Positions 23,321 through 36,010 are shown, numbered from the whole stretch's first letter. The stretch is DNA of 63,338 nucleotides, filler included, from Basidiobolus ranarum (GCA_040143965.1; 30 parts of 30 records of this genome joined end to end with filler, not necessarily neighbours in it), one strand, 5' to 3'. Notes: generated by a model from the sequence alone, not told the origin. Numbers and translations are program-made.

Positions 23321-24860
23321 AGCTTCAAAGCACATGAGAGCCTTAATGCTAATACTGATTTTACTGAACTCAAATCACTGAATTTCAGCAGTCACAACAC
23401 CGCAAACAAAGTAGCTATTCTGTTACTCACCTCTGGCTATACAGGAAATTCAAAAGCTTTTATCAGCTTGAATCCACAGACACTATAATGAATTGGGTCG
23501 GATGCAACCATGTAGCTGGCTAATTGCTAATCATATCACACCCATTGTAGCAGGAGCAAATCAAGTTCAAGTAGCAGCGTCAGTGATCACCTTGGAGCCA
23601 TTGACACTTTTAGACATGGCTGAAATATTCGAAGTAGGCTATACTTTTGCTCCCAACTTTTTTTTAGCCAACATCAAGAAAGATCTTAGAACTACTCTAT
23701 AGTTTATCCAAGCTGAAGCGCATCAACTCTGGAGTAGAGGTCAATTTGGTAGATCTAGGGAATCAACTCTTACTCACACTGAAAGAGCAAAGGCTGAGTG
23801 CACTGGGATCGTAGCGCCAGGCTTTGGAATGACAGAAACTTGCGCTAGCTGTATCTATAATAAACTGTTTTCATTTAGTAATACTGGGAAGGACTTTGGT
23901 ACATTAGGGTATCCTTCCAGCGAAGTGTGCTTGCAAATCATTGACGAGGATGATCAAATATTGCTAGCTGGCTCATGCGGGAATCTGCAAATATTGTGCC
24001 CTCAGCTATTCCAGAGTTACTACAACAATCCTGAGGCTAATGAACAAGCCTTCACTAAGGATTACTGGTTTAAAACAGGAGACACAGCCAATCTTGCCTA
24101 TAGATCCCTGTAACTTGTTGGAAGAACCAAGGATAGTATTATTCTTTGTGGTGTGAACTATTACAATAATGAACTTGAGGCTGCATTACATGATATAGAT
24201 CATTCATCGCTGTTTGCCCTATCCGGCCAAAAGGCTCTCAAACCAAACAAGTTGCCATTTTCTATCTTCCTACATTTTTGCTATCTGATACTCATTCCAG
24301 TATTCAACAAAAACTGATTCAGTTTTGCTCTCAAGCACCTCACGTAATATTACCACTCTCAAAAAACATCTTGACTAAAAATTCATTGGGCAAGTTATCA
24401 AGAGGGAAACTACGTCAACGATATGAAAAAGGGGAATTTGATGAATTCTTGAAGATTGTTGAACAAATTGTCCAAACAAGAAAGGCTTTGAAATATAAGA
24501 AGCCAGCCTCCAATACTGAAATAGCTTTGGCTTCTTTCTTGTGTAAGATATTTGATGTACCTTCAGATGATATGTGTGTAGAAGAGAACTTCTTCAGTAT
24601 GGGAGGTTCGTCTCTAGAAGTCGTACAGTAAGTGTATTTTGTTTAACCGATGATTTTATGCATTTATTAAGTAGGTTTCTATTGTATAGATACAAAGCAA
24701 GAATTATTGAACACTTCAATCTAGCCAAGGTAAGTGTAGAGTTGCACTACGGAATAGCCATGACTTTTGTACTAATCCATATTTTCCATTACAGAATTGG
24801 CCAGAATTATGCAACATCCAACTATTCGAGCACTTGCAACACATTTGGTTGAATCCAAAT
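23321..24860 (+). pseudogene. NRPS-like adenylation-thiolation gene of the AtrA/TdiA (aryl-pyruvate, quinone synthetase) type, disrupted
   Basis: LLLTSGYTGNSKA, YTFAPNFFLA, PGFGMTETCASCIY, YYNNPEANEQAFTKDYWFKTGD, *LVGRTKD, KNSLGKLSRGKLRQRYEKGEF, and T-domain NFFSMGGSSLEV. Intron 24628..24689 and a donor at 24730. Contains stops, frameshifts and deletions; no TE domain follows. Confidence 0.88.
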
Positions 24861-25436
24861 CAAATGCCACTGGAGGTGCACTTGCGACACATTTAGATGA
24901 ATCCAAGGTGAAGGCCACAATATGTTTTCGGACTAGCGTTATAGGATAGTTGCATGTTTTTGGACTAGCATTACAGGAGAATTACGTGTTTTTGAGCTGG
25001 GTTACCTTTATTGCTGGTTAAATTCATTGCTGGCTAAATTCGATGAATGAATCTGTTTCCGATGTTGTTATATTCAATACACATATCAATACATATTCTG
25101 CTATTTCTATCCGATACTCTATTTAGATAATTTGTCAATTGTTGAAAGTCAGATATTGCATGCATTACTTATGACGACTAAATATTCTCTTCGCTCTAGG
25201 TTATAATTTCTGTGAATTTTACGTAAATTTTACCTTACTGACTAGTTATTCACCCTTCACACCTTGGCAGCTGATCGATCATTGATTCTTTGATCGAGGT
25301 ACCAAGTGTCACCCAATAAGAACTGGAGTAAACAAANNNNNNNNNNNNNNNNNNNNNNNNNNNNNNNNNNNNNNNNNNNNTTAATTAATTAANNNNNNNN
25401 NNNNNNNNNNNNNNNNNNNNNNNNNNNNNNNNNNNN

Positions 25437-26722
25437 GCAGGAAACCAGGTTATTGTTGTGGTTGTAACAAACCAGGATACCAGATAAAAGATTTCAAATC
25501 ATGAAATTACAACAAAAATGAGAAGTCAGAACAAGCAAATCAGGTTTCAACCAAAGTGGAAGTTTTTTTCATTTTGCCCTATCAGTGACCTCTGAACATG
25601 ACTGTAAGTAGTGTTATAGCTATTTGGAGACTCTCAACATTTCTCTAATCAAAAAAACCTGTTAAGACACCCAAACTGACATAAACAGGAAGGCTTATAT
25701 GGGAGATGACTGGCCACTACACACTCTGGGAGTGGGAGAAATTGAAGTGGATCTTGGGAGCATCTCTGGGGACATGTATTTGACACTGAAAAATGTGCTA
25801 TATGTGCCTGGAATAGCAAAAAACTTGCTATCAGTGAGTAAAGCTACATGTGAGGGATATAGCTTTAATTTTGATCAAAATGGTGGAACAATTAGGGATC
25901 AAAAAGGGAATTACATAGCTTCTGGAGCTAAGCAAGATGACTTGTATAAATTTTATTATATTAGGCCAATATATGAACAAGTTAATACTGCCACAGCTGA
26001 AGAGATAGACTGACAAATCTGGTGCACAAGATTGGGTAATATAAGAGCAAAAAATATAAGAAATTTAATCAAAAACCAGATGGTTTTGGGACTAAATTTT
26101 GTAATTCCACCGGATCAGGACCTATGTGATGGTTGCCTATATGGTAAGCAACACAGAAAGCCATTTGTGGGCTCTGAAATGAGCAAAATTGATCAAAAAT
26201 TGGGCCTGATACACTCAGATCTGTGTGGCCCAATGCCGACAAAATCCTTACGCAGAAAAAGGTATTTTATGTCCTTTATTGATGTTCAGACAAAGTATAC
26301 TTGGGTGTACTTTCTGGCCAGTAAGGATGAAGCCTTTGATACCTTCAAGAAATTCAAAGCAAAGGTGGACACCAAAAAAGGTCTAAAGATTAAGATTATT
26401 TGTACTGATAATGGAGGGGAACATACCTGAAACACTTCTCTAACCTCTGCTCAATACATGGGATAAAACAGCAGACTACAGTGCCATATTCTCCACAGCA
26501 GAATGGAGTAGCAAAACATGCAAACAGATCAATAATGGAAAAGGCAACATCAATACTTCATGATCAAAACTTACCAAAACAGTTCTGGGCTGAATTGGGT
26601 GCAACTGCAGTATATATTAGGAATTCATGTCCTTCTATGTCTCTATTGGCTATGATACCTTATCAAGCTTGGTTTGGAGGTAAACCTAATGTGGCTAATC
26701 TCAGAGTTCTTGGAAGTACCAC
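25437..26722 (+). mobile_element. Ty1/copia zinc knuckle-protease-integrase, pseudogenised
   Basis: LKNVLYVPGIAKNLLSVS, CDGCLYGKQHRKPF, LIHSDLCGPM, TDNGGE, PYSPQQNGVA; same family as 38125..40137. Confidence 0.95.
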
Positions 26723-27390
26723 TGTAGTGGGGTAGCATTGCTACCAACTGGCAGGTTGACTTATTTCCACTCCACGCTCATATCATTACTATTGCACAAT
26801 TTCTACTTTTTTATCTTTATTTGACTTACCCATATTTTAAAGCTAATCTTATCGCACTATTAGTATTATCCCCTATTATCTCAGATTTATCAGTATTAAC
26901 CCACATTGACACTATTATTTTCTGGAAAATTCTACAATCTTCCAGAACATTCCCCATAATTCTTGGAATATTTGATGATTGATTGAGTTTTGACCAATCA
27001 AAACTTGATTTTGTCTGGAAAATGCCATGACTTTCTGGATTATTCTACAACCTTCAGGAACATTCCATGGATTACTAATCTTATGATTTATTATGATATC
27101 ATACCCCCAGATCCCCACTAATAGAATTCTCTGGAACTCTCCGGAAATTCTTATTAGTAATTATATTTACCACCAGAAAAGTACAAATAGGAGCCACATC
27201 TTTTCAAATAAAACATCATCCTGGTTTTCAACTAACAATTACTACTTGTGATCACCCCTAATTTTTACCACCAATTATAAGACCTTTGAACAGGAAGCTC
27301 AAGAGAGACTACTAGAGGCAGTTACAGGCTACTGTGTGAATAGAAAGGACTTGACCAGCTCAAAGGAAGTACTGACAGGTAGGTGTTACA
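26723..27390 (+). repeat. Probable LTR (about 670 bp) inserted in copia integrase
   Basis: Integrase stops abruptly at TGTAGT and the segment ends GTTACA. It has an internal AATAAA and repeated TTC(C/T)AGAA-like motifs. No TSD is visible. Confidence 0.55.
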
Positions 27391-27551
27391 TTTCTGATAT
27401 ATTATATCTTTTCTCTAGCTTTGTCTGCATAGGCAAGGAACTTTTTCATATNNNNNNNNNNNNNNNNNNNNNNNNNNNNNNNNNNNNNNNNNNNNTTAAT
27501 TAATTAANNNNNNNNNNNNNNNNNNNNNNNNNNNNNNNNNNNNNNNNNNNN

Positions 27552-28239
27552 TTATGATCTCACCAGGTCAGAATGAATATAGGCAAAATTCTGAGGGAAC
27601 TCAATCTCTTCAGGGCTTGAAAACAGGCTGTCTGTGTTGTTTTCAATATATAAATCCTTCACACAGATCCAATTTGGTGATATTTTCAATTGTAGAGCCT
27701 GAAACAAGCTGATGTCAGATCATTTGGGTCCATTTTTGTTCTCCAATGTGGTCTCATATTTTATGCCTTGTTTGACAACTTATTTCACCAGCTTTGGCAA
27801 GATTTGCACTCTATCAACATTTTGCAGCTTACGTCACCTGTTTTGCCCAAGTGTGCATGCTCTGAATGCAATTTGTTGATTTCTAGCTTGGATAAGTTTT
27901 CAGTTTTAATCCCAGATGCTAATATGGTATTATTCTGCTCTGTGATAGTACATCCAGCCTTGCTGTGCCCAAATTTAGTCCTTGAGTTGTTGCTTGGCTT
28001 ACTAAGAGTATAATTTTGGCCATATTGGGTACATGGAGTACATCATCCAACTGCTCAGATGGTGTAGCTGTATTTTGGTCTAAATGGAGCACAACTGAGG
28101 CCATACCTGCTGCATCTAGTGTTTAGTAATCACCTAAGTAAACTCCTTTTAGGATTTGTTTTAAGCTTGAAAACCAACCTTTCTTGCTTGACATATGCTG
28201 GGCAGCTCCTTAATCAATGTACCACATATTTGAGTCTTT
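27552..28239 (-). mobile_element. Ty1/copia protease / pre-integrase fragment
   Basis: VVLHLDQNTATPSEQLDDVLHVPNMAK; family Z. Confidence 0.85.
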
Positions 28240-28590
28240 TGTTGAAATTAGGTAAATAATAACTCATTATTGAGTAGTTAGTATATTCATATTCAGATTA
28301 TTTAGCACTTAATTCTGCCATTCAAAAACATGTGTTTCTTGCTTTATTTGATAGAAATATCAATTATATCACTGTTACCATTGTTCACTATTTTCTCAAA
28401 ACTTTTCCCAGTCATCTTGAATTTTCACCAATGCTTACCTGGCATAATTGTTGTGATCTAAGCACATCCATAATCCTATTTCATAGTACATCATATATTG
28501 GATATATTTAATTCAATAAAACTACAGTATCTAATTCACAAATGCATTCTTGTCCAAAACACTTCCAAATCCCTTAAAAACCTTTATCCA
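28240..28590 (+). repeat. LTR family Z copy
   Basis: Aligns along its length to 2683..3031. Confidence 0.82.
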
Positions 28591-29070
28591 GAACCTCAGA
28601 TGAACTATACTTAGGTTATATCAATATAGGGCTTCGAATGGATTAGAATTTTGCTTCAATCTGGTTGGCCATCTGTATACAATATAGATGGCAGTGAGGA
28701 AAGATTCAGTCCAATATTGATAATCTTAACCTTGATCTAGTAACATTGATCTGGCCATCTCAACTATAGTCCTATTTAGTGTACTCTTCAACTCCATTTT
28801 GCTGTGGAGCATAAGGTACAAAAGTTTGTTGCTTAATTTCAAATTTAGAACAATAACCAGCAAAGTTTTTAAAGCAACATTCTACACCATTGCCACTCAT
28901 TAGTACCCTTATTTTTTTGCTGATTCCTTCTCTACTATTGCTTTGTGGAGCTTGAATGTAGCTAAGGCTTTAGATTTTCATTTGAAAAAAAAATACCAAC
29001 CTATATCTTGCTTAGTCATCAATAGAGGTCAAAGGGTGCCTTTTACCATTTAGTGATGTTTTTTGTAGGC
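28591..29070 (-). mobile_element. Ty1/copia integrase fragment
   Basis: Aligns (rc) to 59545..60030. Confidence 0.75.
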
Positions 29071-29666
29071 ATGAAACTGATTCTTTCCCTTGGATTTTCA
29101 ATGGCTGTCACATATGCATTGGACACTACACAGTTGTAGTGCTCTACCAGCTATTGAACCCTAGCTCCAGTTAATCAGATTTCAGGGTGACAAGCTGTTA
29201 AAAATAAAAGAAAACTCTTCCCTGGGAATCTGCAAGTGTCTCCAAGTTGATTTACATTGCCATAATACATAATCCATATCCTGGTTCAGGAATATAATCT
29301 GATTCCCTTTTGATAGGTGGTGGGGAGAATTGTACGCTTTAAAACAGAGCTTCCCTATCTCTAAGGATGGACTAACCTGTGTCCAACTGCTGTTCACATC
29401 AACCCTTTATCCACTTCAGTCTTCAAATTTCTCATTTGTATATTTGTTACTACCATCAAGTTCTGCACTGGAGGCCATTCAACTTGGGATTGCTCCCAAA
29501 GCTTCTTCAAAACCTCCTTGCCTGCCTACTCATCAAGGCTTTGCTTTAACCTTGACAGTGAGGTATNNNNNNNNNNNNNNNNNNNNNNNNNNNNNNNNNN
29601 NNNNNNNNNNTTAATTAATTAANNNNNNNNNNNNNNNNNNNNNNNNNNNNNNNNNNNNNNNNNNNN

Positions 29667-30245
29667 AAGGAGGTGAATGTCTCATCAGCCGGTAGCTCCG
29701 TTGGTACAGGTGGTATGGTGACCAAGCTGATTGCAGCTGAGCTAGCCACTGCAGCTGGAGTTCATACAGTGATCACTAGAGGAAGCGAACCTGAACGAGT
29801 ATTCAATATCATCAACTTTTATGAAGGCGGTGAGCAAGGAAGCAAGTCTGAGGTAGCTTTGCACACTTGTTTCATTGCCAAGCCAGTACCAATGGTCGAC
29901 CGTAAATGGTGGATCTTGCATGGAATTCACACTGCTGGTACAGTCGTGGTAGATGAAGAATCGGGAAGTATGCTCGCAAAGGACCCTAGTGCTCTTACAA
30001 GTTCTCATATCTTACGTGTGGATGGGCAGTTTGTGCCTAACCAAGGTGTATCTATTGCCATTGAGAAGCCCATCAATAAAAATGGAGAGATGGGCACTGT
30101 TACAGTTGGCAAAGGACTAATCAACTATTCCAGTAAGGAATTAAATCGTATTAAAGGATGCCAAGAACAGTTAGTATCTCATATTCTAGGATATAGCGAG
30201 TCCCCTTTAATGGTTGAGCGAGAAAACTTTGTTGCTCTCGTCTAA
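29667..30245 (+). CDS. PRO1: Glutamate 5-kinase, C-terminal part with PUA domain (5' partial)
   Basis: GSSVGTGGMVTKLIAAELATAAGV, HTCFIAKPVPMVDRKWWILHG, GKGLINYSSKELNRIKGC..ILGY..ERENF. Confidence 0.93.
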   Translation, partial: KEVNVSSAGSSVGTGGMVTKLIAAELATAAGVHTVITRGSEPERVFNIINFYEGGEQGSKSEVALHTCFIAKPVPMVDRKWWILHGIHTAGTVVVDEESGSMLAKDPSALTSSHILRVDGQFVPNQGVSIAIEKPINKNGEMGTVTVGKGLINYSSKELNRIKGCQEQLVSHILGYSESPLMVERENFVALV

Positions 30246-31237
30246 GTCTCGCGATTTCTGATCCATCTGTATTGAAATGTTTTACACTAGTTAATATCAC
30301 ATGTACTTTTATTTGTTAATCCATTAAATAATATTGTAAGAAAACATCAGTATTATAGTATTTGATTTAACTAATTTGGATAAATATAAACAAGAACGGT
30401 TCGTTTTACATTGAAGCTTATAATTCCATGTCAGGCTCTATATTGGACAATAAACTTTAACGTTCATAATGTTTAAATAGCACTTAGTGAGGATGGAACT
30501 TTTGCTGATATACAATTGGGAATCTGAGTACTAGCTTTAGTATAGATATAAGCTAGGAGTAACACCACTGATTTACTAACATAAGGCATGATACTAAATT
30601 TTGATCAAATTAAGCAATTCAACCAATTTGCACGAATATAATGAGAATAATGCGTAATTCCATGTTACTTTTTGTACTGGACAATTAGCCGCAACATCCT
30701 TAACGTTCAAATAGCATCTAGAGAGGAGTTAGATACCGAAATTACGAATCCCAAGAGCCTTAACACAATATTCATATTCTTCGACGGAAAATCATGCCTA
30801 TGTCAAAGTATACATCGAGACTCTAAAGGGCCAATGCTTTGAATCCTAAAAATAATTAAATTTACGTTGATATAAAACTGTGTATCGATATCAACTAGTA
30901 GCAATATTACTAACATAAGGTAGTAAAAGTGAAGTAAGGTATTAAAATTTCTTTAAATAAAGCACTTGATTAATATTTAATATAAAGCCTAATTCTGTTG
31001 TTCGACAGTAAAAAATTGGGTATTTCACATAAATGTGGATGATGATAAAAATGATATTTGATATACTATGGGATGGACATTAAAAAAAATACGTTTCTTT
31101 CGTTGGCTTGATAAAGGTCAACTTTCCAAACAAATAGCTCAATGCATACTCAAAAGTTACCCTATGTCACCACAAGCAAACCATTTAAATTATACTTGTG
31201 ATAAGTAGGAAAATAAGATTCCACCATCGATGTTCCT

Positions 31238-31681
31238 TTAATTATTACTATTGTCATCATCAGCACCATCATCAGTACCATCATCAGAACCATCGCCAGT
31301 ACCGTCATCAGAACCATCATCAGCACTGTCCTCCGCTCCACTGTCAGTACTAGGACTATCGGCATCGGTACTATCGTCAGCATCAGTGCTACCATCGGCA
31401 TCACCATTGTCAACATCAGTACTGTCATCGCCATCATCGTCAGCACCGTCACCATTTACAGTGTCGGCACTATCATCAACATCGCCATTCACATCATCGT
31501 CTACACTATCGTCAGCACTATCACCAATGCTAACATCAGTACCATCATCGGCACTATCGTTCGCTCCATTGTCAGTATCAGCACTATCGCCGGCATCAGC
31601 ACTATGATTGGTATCACCACTGTCAGCATCAGTACTATCGTCAGCACCATCATCAGTTTCACCATTATCGGCATCAGCACC
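31238..31681 (-). CDS. Extremely Asp/Ser/Gly/Ala-rich low-complexity C-terminus (5' partial)
   Basis: 148 codons from the contig edge to TAA (GADDSTDADSGD..DDGSDDGTGDGSDDGTDDGADDDNSNN*) with strict codon periodicity. Confidence 0.7.
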   Translation of the reverse strand, partial: GADADNGETDDGADDSTDADSGDTNHSADAGDSADTDNGANDSADDGTDVSIGDSADDSVDDDVNGDVDDSADTVNGDGADDDGDDSTDVDNGDADGSTDADDSTDADSPSTDSGAEDSADDGSDDGTGDGSDDGTDDGADDDNSNN

Positions 31682-31781
31682 NNNNNNNNNNNNNNNNNNN
31701 NNNNNNNNNNNNNNNNNNNNNNNNNTTAATTAATTAANNNNNNNNNNNNNNNNNNNNNNNNNNNNNNNNNNNNNNNNNNNN

Positions 31782-31910
31782 AGAAATATCCTAAACCCAA
31801 TCTTCACTCAAACTGGTATGGCGTATGACCCTCAAGGAAGCTATTGGACTCAGGATTTTGGCCGCCCTATGACTTTACGAAGACGGTCAGCTAGAGTCAC
31901 CAGAAAGTAA
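31782..31910 (+). CDS. CAP/SCP-domain protein C-terminus (5' partial); absent from the ORF track
   Basis: RNILNPIFTQTGMAYDPQGSYWTQDFG followed by a basic tail and TAA. Confidence 0.8.
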   Translation, partial: RNILNPIFTQTGMAYDPQGSYWTQDFGRPMTLRRRSARVTRK

Positions 31911-33082
31911 TGGCTCATTAGAATAGATGTAAAGTAATAGATGAGATGTATGTATTAATAGTATTATATTCCACGTAATAAATTATACCCACAATTTAGT
32001 ATTAATTTTGTTAGTGGTGGGTTCCATTCATCAGATCTTGAAAACTCATCTATAATAACTGAACACAAAGTATAGATTCAACAATACATTGTCTATATAG
32101 ACATTTAAATATCAATTTTTTGACACTTGAATGGATCATCTGCTATTTGACTAATGAAAAAAGTAGAGCGACAGGGAGCTAAAGTCATTCTTCACAAGAA
32201 GTAATGTATAGAATCTTAGACACACAACTACAATGCATAAAAAATGGAGGTTTTTGAAATCGAAGTTTGCTTCGTTGTATCATCTCCACAAGTATACTTA
32301 CATATACATAAGGACTACGAGCATTCTAATAGCAAGTGGCTCACTCATTCACCTAAAATTCTGAATGTATTCAATTACATTTATAAAGACCTATTTGTTA
32401 CATAGAAATGGCTTCAAATCCTCAAAGTATATCACCTATTACTCAAACCACTTAGCATGCATCAATGATAAAAAATAACAAATGATTCCTCTGTAACAAT
32501 TAGGATCCTGAATTTTACTTCAGTGACAGCATTATTAAGCCTGGTTCCTGGGGTAAGTGTAATTTCGGGACTTGATTCACTGATAAATTGATTGATTAAC
32601 TTTATTTCGATTGTGCTATTTTCATAAGGATGATCAGGGGAAAATCGAGCAGTATTAGTATTATAAAGTCGAACAGTATAAGAATTATAAAATAGAGCAG
32701 TATACCTGCCTGATTTTGTACACTAAAAGTTGCCAGTTCAAGTCGGCATAAGAATTGATTGACATTAAATTTCTTTGGGAGTGTGATATTGCGATGTTGG
32801 TTTATTTCGAAATTTATACCTATGGTAGAATAATAGTAGGGGATGATCCACCTCAAGTTTAGCAATCTTTAATCCATTGGTTCTGGAGATATGTGCATTT
32901 TTATAACGATTTGGACAATTGTGAGATGTGTAGGAAAGGTAAAAACATAAAACCGGGTGAAGGTTGAGTTTTAGTTATTGGGTATATTTTTGCAAAATAT
33001 CAAGTTGATTGAGACATTTTATTGTCTTCGAAATTGCCATCGCTTTGTCCTCACTAATCCAATTTCGAAACACATTACTAAA

Positions 33083-33154
33083 GCCTGCTTAGCGCAGTGG
33101 TAGCGCGTCAGTCTCGTAAACTGAAGGTCGCCAGTTCAATCCCGGCAGTAGGCA
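33083..33154 (+). tRNA. tRNA-Thr(CGT)
   Basis: Acceptor GCCTGCT/AGTAGGC+A, D-arm GCGC-AGTGGTA-GCGC, anticodon arm TCAGT-CTCGTAA-ACTGA, T-loop TTCAATC; 72 nt. Confidence 0.95.
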
Positions 33155-33161
33155 TTTTTTT
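33155..33161 (+). terminator. Pol III oligo-dT terminator
   Basis: T7 immediately after the tRNA discriminator base. Confidence 0.8.
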
Positions 33162-33556
33162 ACAGAAATATTAACTAACAGTTTAGTCAAAGCAGGCATA
33201 GAGTTGATTAACATTGAATTTCTATCTCGGAGATTGAGTGATGACATCGACTAATGTATGATATTTGATTCAGACAGCTGTTGACCATAAAAGATTCCTA
33301 TATACCAAATATTTAGTCTCGAATCTGAACATAGGAGTTTAGGTCTACAACCAGTATTGCCTTTTACGCGGGATGAATACTGAATATTGCAGCATAACCG
33401 TCTATCAGAATCAATATGAACAGTAAATGTGGCATTAAAACTGTATTGTTAGTAATCATCTCTTCATTGAAAAGTAGATATTTATTCTTATCAATATATA
33501 TGGTTAAGGATTCGAATAGGTCGACAAGACATGGCTTATGAAGTAGATGGTATGGG

Positions 33557-33796
33557 TTAATATCTGTTACCACTAAGATATCTGAGCCTGATATAGTGAT
33601 GACGGTATTTGCTGTATTTCTTATACCGTCCACTACGTTGGTGTTGGCGAATTGCCGGTTGAATATAGGTTGTCTTTGGTTGAGTTTGATACAAGGTTTG
33701 ATCGATGATTTGAGCTTGGTCAAATTGATTCGAGTCAGATAGTGCGTTGCTGTTACTTGATGACTCCCCATTCACTTGATCTAACAAGGCTTGATC
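33557..33796 (-). CDS. Possible C-terminus of an unknown protein
   Basis: Open from the contig edge, Q/S/N-rich and then basic/Tyr-rich. CpG content is normal; no recognised domain. Confidence 0.35.
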   Translation of the reverse strand, partial: DQALLDQVNGESSSNSNALSDSNQFDQAQIIDQTLYQTQPKTTYIQPAIRQHQRSGRYKKYSKYRHHYIRLRYLSGNRY

Positions 33797-34439
33797 NNNN
33801 NNNNNNNNNNNNNNNNNNNNNNNNNNNNNNNNNNNNNNNNTTAATTAATTAANNNNNNNNNNNNNNNNNNNNNNNNNNNNNNNNNNNNNNNNNNNNTTAG
33901 AGGTGATTTGGAGTAGTTTTGCAAAAAAAGTGAAAATTGATAAAAGTGATCTAAAGGATAATTCTATCAATCAGAGCAATAAACACCCATGTGTGAGTGG
34001 CAGAGTTTAGTACTAAATAATTAAATTATGAAGACATCTAGTACTAAATAATGAGCTACTATTTACCTAATTTTGAAGATCCCAAACGACTAATCATTTT
34101 GTAATTCACTTAAACTTAACTTTTATCTTTGAATTATGGAAAAACTTGCTGAAAGTTTGCACTGCAACTGCAGTGTCTGAACTTGTTCCAGCCATTGACT
34201 TCATTAAGCTAGCTAGCAGGAACTGATAAGGAGAATCCTAGCTTTGTTTTGAGTCATTTTGAGCCAATGCCGATATAATTTTGATTAATCTCACTTTGGA
34301 ATTGATTGGTAATGTTGTGGCCTGCTTTTTGTCATGTTAAAATATTTTGGGAAGTCTACAATGTATCCAGCTGTACTCAGCATGACTTTGTGCTTGGGTT
34401 TATCTCTCTTGATCTAGATTCCAAGCAAATAACTCAATT

Positions 34440-35847
34440 CTCACTTATCAGTAACATGAAACAGGTTTGATAGGCTGATTTTTGTCTGATTGACTGCATA
34501 TATATAAACAATATACAGTGCCAAAAGAAGACACCCATTTGTAGTTGATTTCATATAAATACTGTGAACTGCTCCCCTTTTTGGAATTCCAGTAATTCCA
34601 AACAAGTATCTATCTTGTTGTACCATGCCCTAGGTGCTTGCTTGATATGATGTAGTGATTTTGCAGTTTACAGATTATATCAGGTTGTTTTGGGTCAACA
34701 AATCCACCAAGCTGTATCATATAGATATCTTCCAGATTTCCATTCAGGAAGGCTGTTTTTTATCATTTGTCAATTAATGTTAGTGACAGCTGAGAGTTGC
34801 TGGCTTGATATAATGAAGCTAACTTAGCTACTAGCTCACACATGTCATCAAAACCAAGACCTGTAGTCTGGGAAAAACCTTGGCAGCTAATCTTGCTTTA
34901 CATGTTTCTATGGCTCCATCAGCATGGTTTTAGACTTTGTAGACCAATATGCAACCAATTTGCTCTCTTCCTGATGGTAGAGGACTTAGAAAACACTTTT
35001 ATTGTCCTGAAGTGAAGAGCACTCATCAGACATTGCTTTTTCCCATAAACTTGATTCTGAACACTCCAGAGCTTGATCTAGAGTTACCTAATGTATGCTT
35101 GGAGCACAAATTAGCAAAGTCTTTTGAGCAGTATTCATAGCATTATCACAACTGAGTATCCTGTTTTTTTTGTTGACTGTTCCTCTACCATTGCTTCATA
35201 AACCCAGAATGTGGCTAATGCTTCAGATTTTGAATTGAGGAAGAATACCCAAGTGTATCTGGCTTTGTCATTGTTAAAGGTTTCAAAGTGTCTCCACCAC
35301 CCAGTACATTGTTTTTCATGGGCACTAACAGGTCAGAATACTCAGGGCAAAATTCTGAGTGGACTTAGTCTCTCCAGAGTTTAACTTTCCTTGTTTGGGT
35401 TGCTTTGAGCTGAAAAACCAATCTTTCTCAATTATCTCATGCTGGGAAGCTCCTGAATAATTTTGCCATGTTTCTGATTCTTCTTTGGTGAAAACTAATT
35501 GAGCAAACACTCACAAATGATCCCCACCAGTGACTTAAACATTTCAATACTAGCTTTTGAGCTAAAATCCTTTTTCTGCAATATTTGATTAAATGTCCTG
35601 GCTTGCCACTATACCGGCATAATGATTGAATTCTTATTAAGGGCATCATTAATGAAGGCTGGTGGATGTGTTACAGCACCAAAAAATGCCTGATATGTAT
35701 TATTTTGATAAGAATTAGATCTCATGAGCTCCTTATTCAAAAGCCTGGCTTCAATAAATTCCATGGTTAATGGCATTCATCTTGATTCTAGTGCAATTGA
35801 GACATTCTTAGACTCATCTGGCAGCCTGCCAAGTAGTAGCATGACAA
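34440..35847 (-). mobile_element. Heavily deleted Ty1/copia (gag, integrase and RT remnants)
   Basis: LCRYSGKPGHLIKYCRK knuckle remnant, integrase YTWVFFL, and RT GCILVYKV..DGAIE..KAR pieces. Confidence 0.82.
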
Positions 35848-36010
35848 TGTGATAAATATTTACAGGCCGTTGCCGGGGGGCCGGGCAGGTTCCCCAAGTT
35901 CGGCCCTTCGNNNNNNNNNNNNNNNNNNNNNNNNNNNNNNNNNNNNNNNNNNNNTTAATTAATTAANNNNNNNNNNNNNNNNNNNNNNNNNNNNNNNNNN
36001 NNNNNNNNNN

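Noticed and set aside
22959-24860. GT10 next to NRPS as a biosynthetic cluster
   Set aside because: They are separated by a linker and lie on unlinked contigs.
28668-28692. Hairpin GCCATCTGTAT-ACA-ATATAGATGGC with downstream CTAG as a Helitron end
   Set aside because: It lies within antisense copia integrase coding sequence (TA.Y+..R.P motif) and is too far from the CTAG.
31162-31607. Hydrophobic MVLM-repeat and Ser/Pro-rich ORFs
   Set aside because: Alternative frames of the Asp-rich repeat; only the Asp frame is open from the contig edge.
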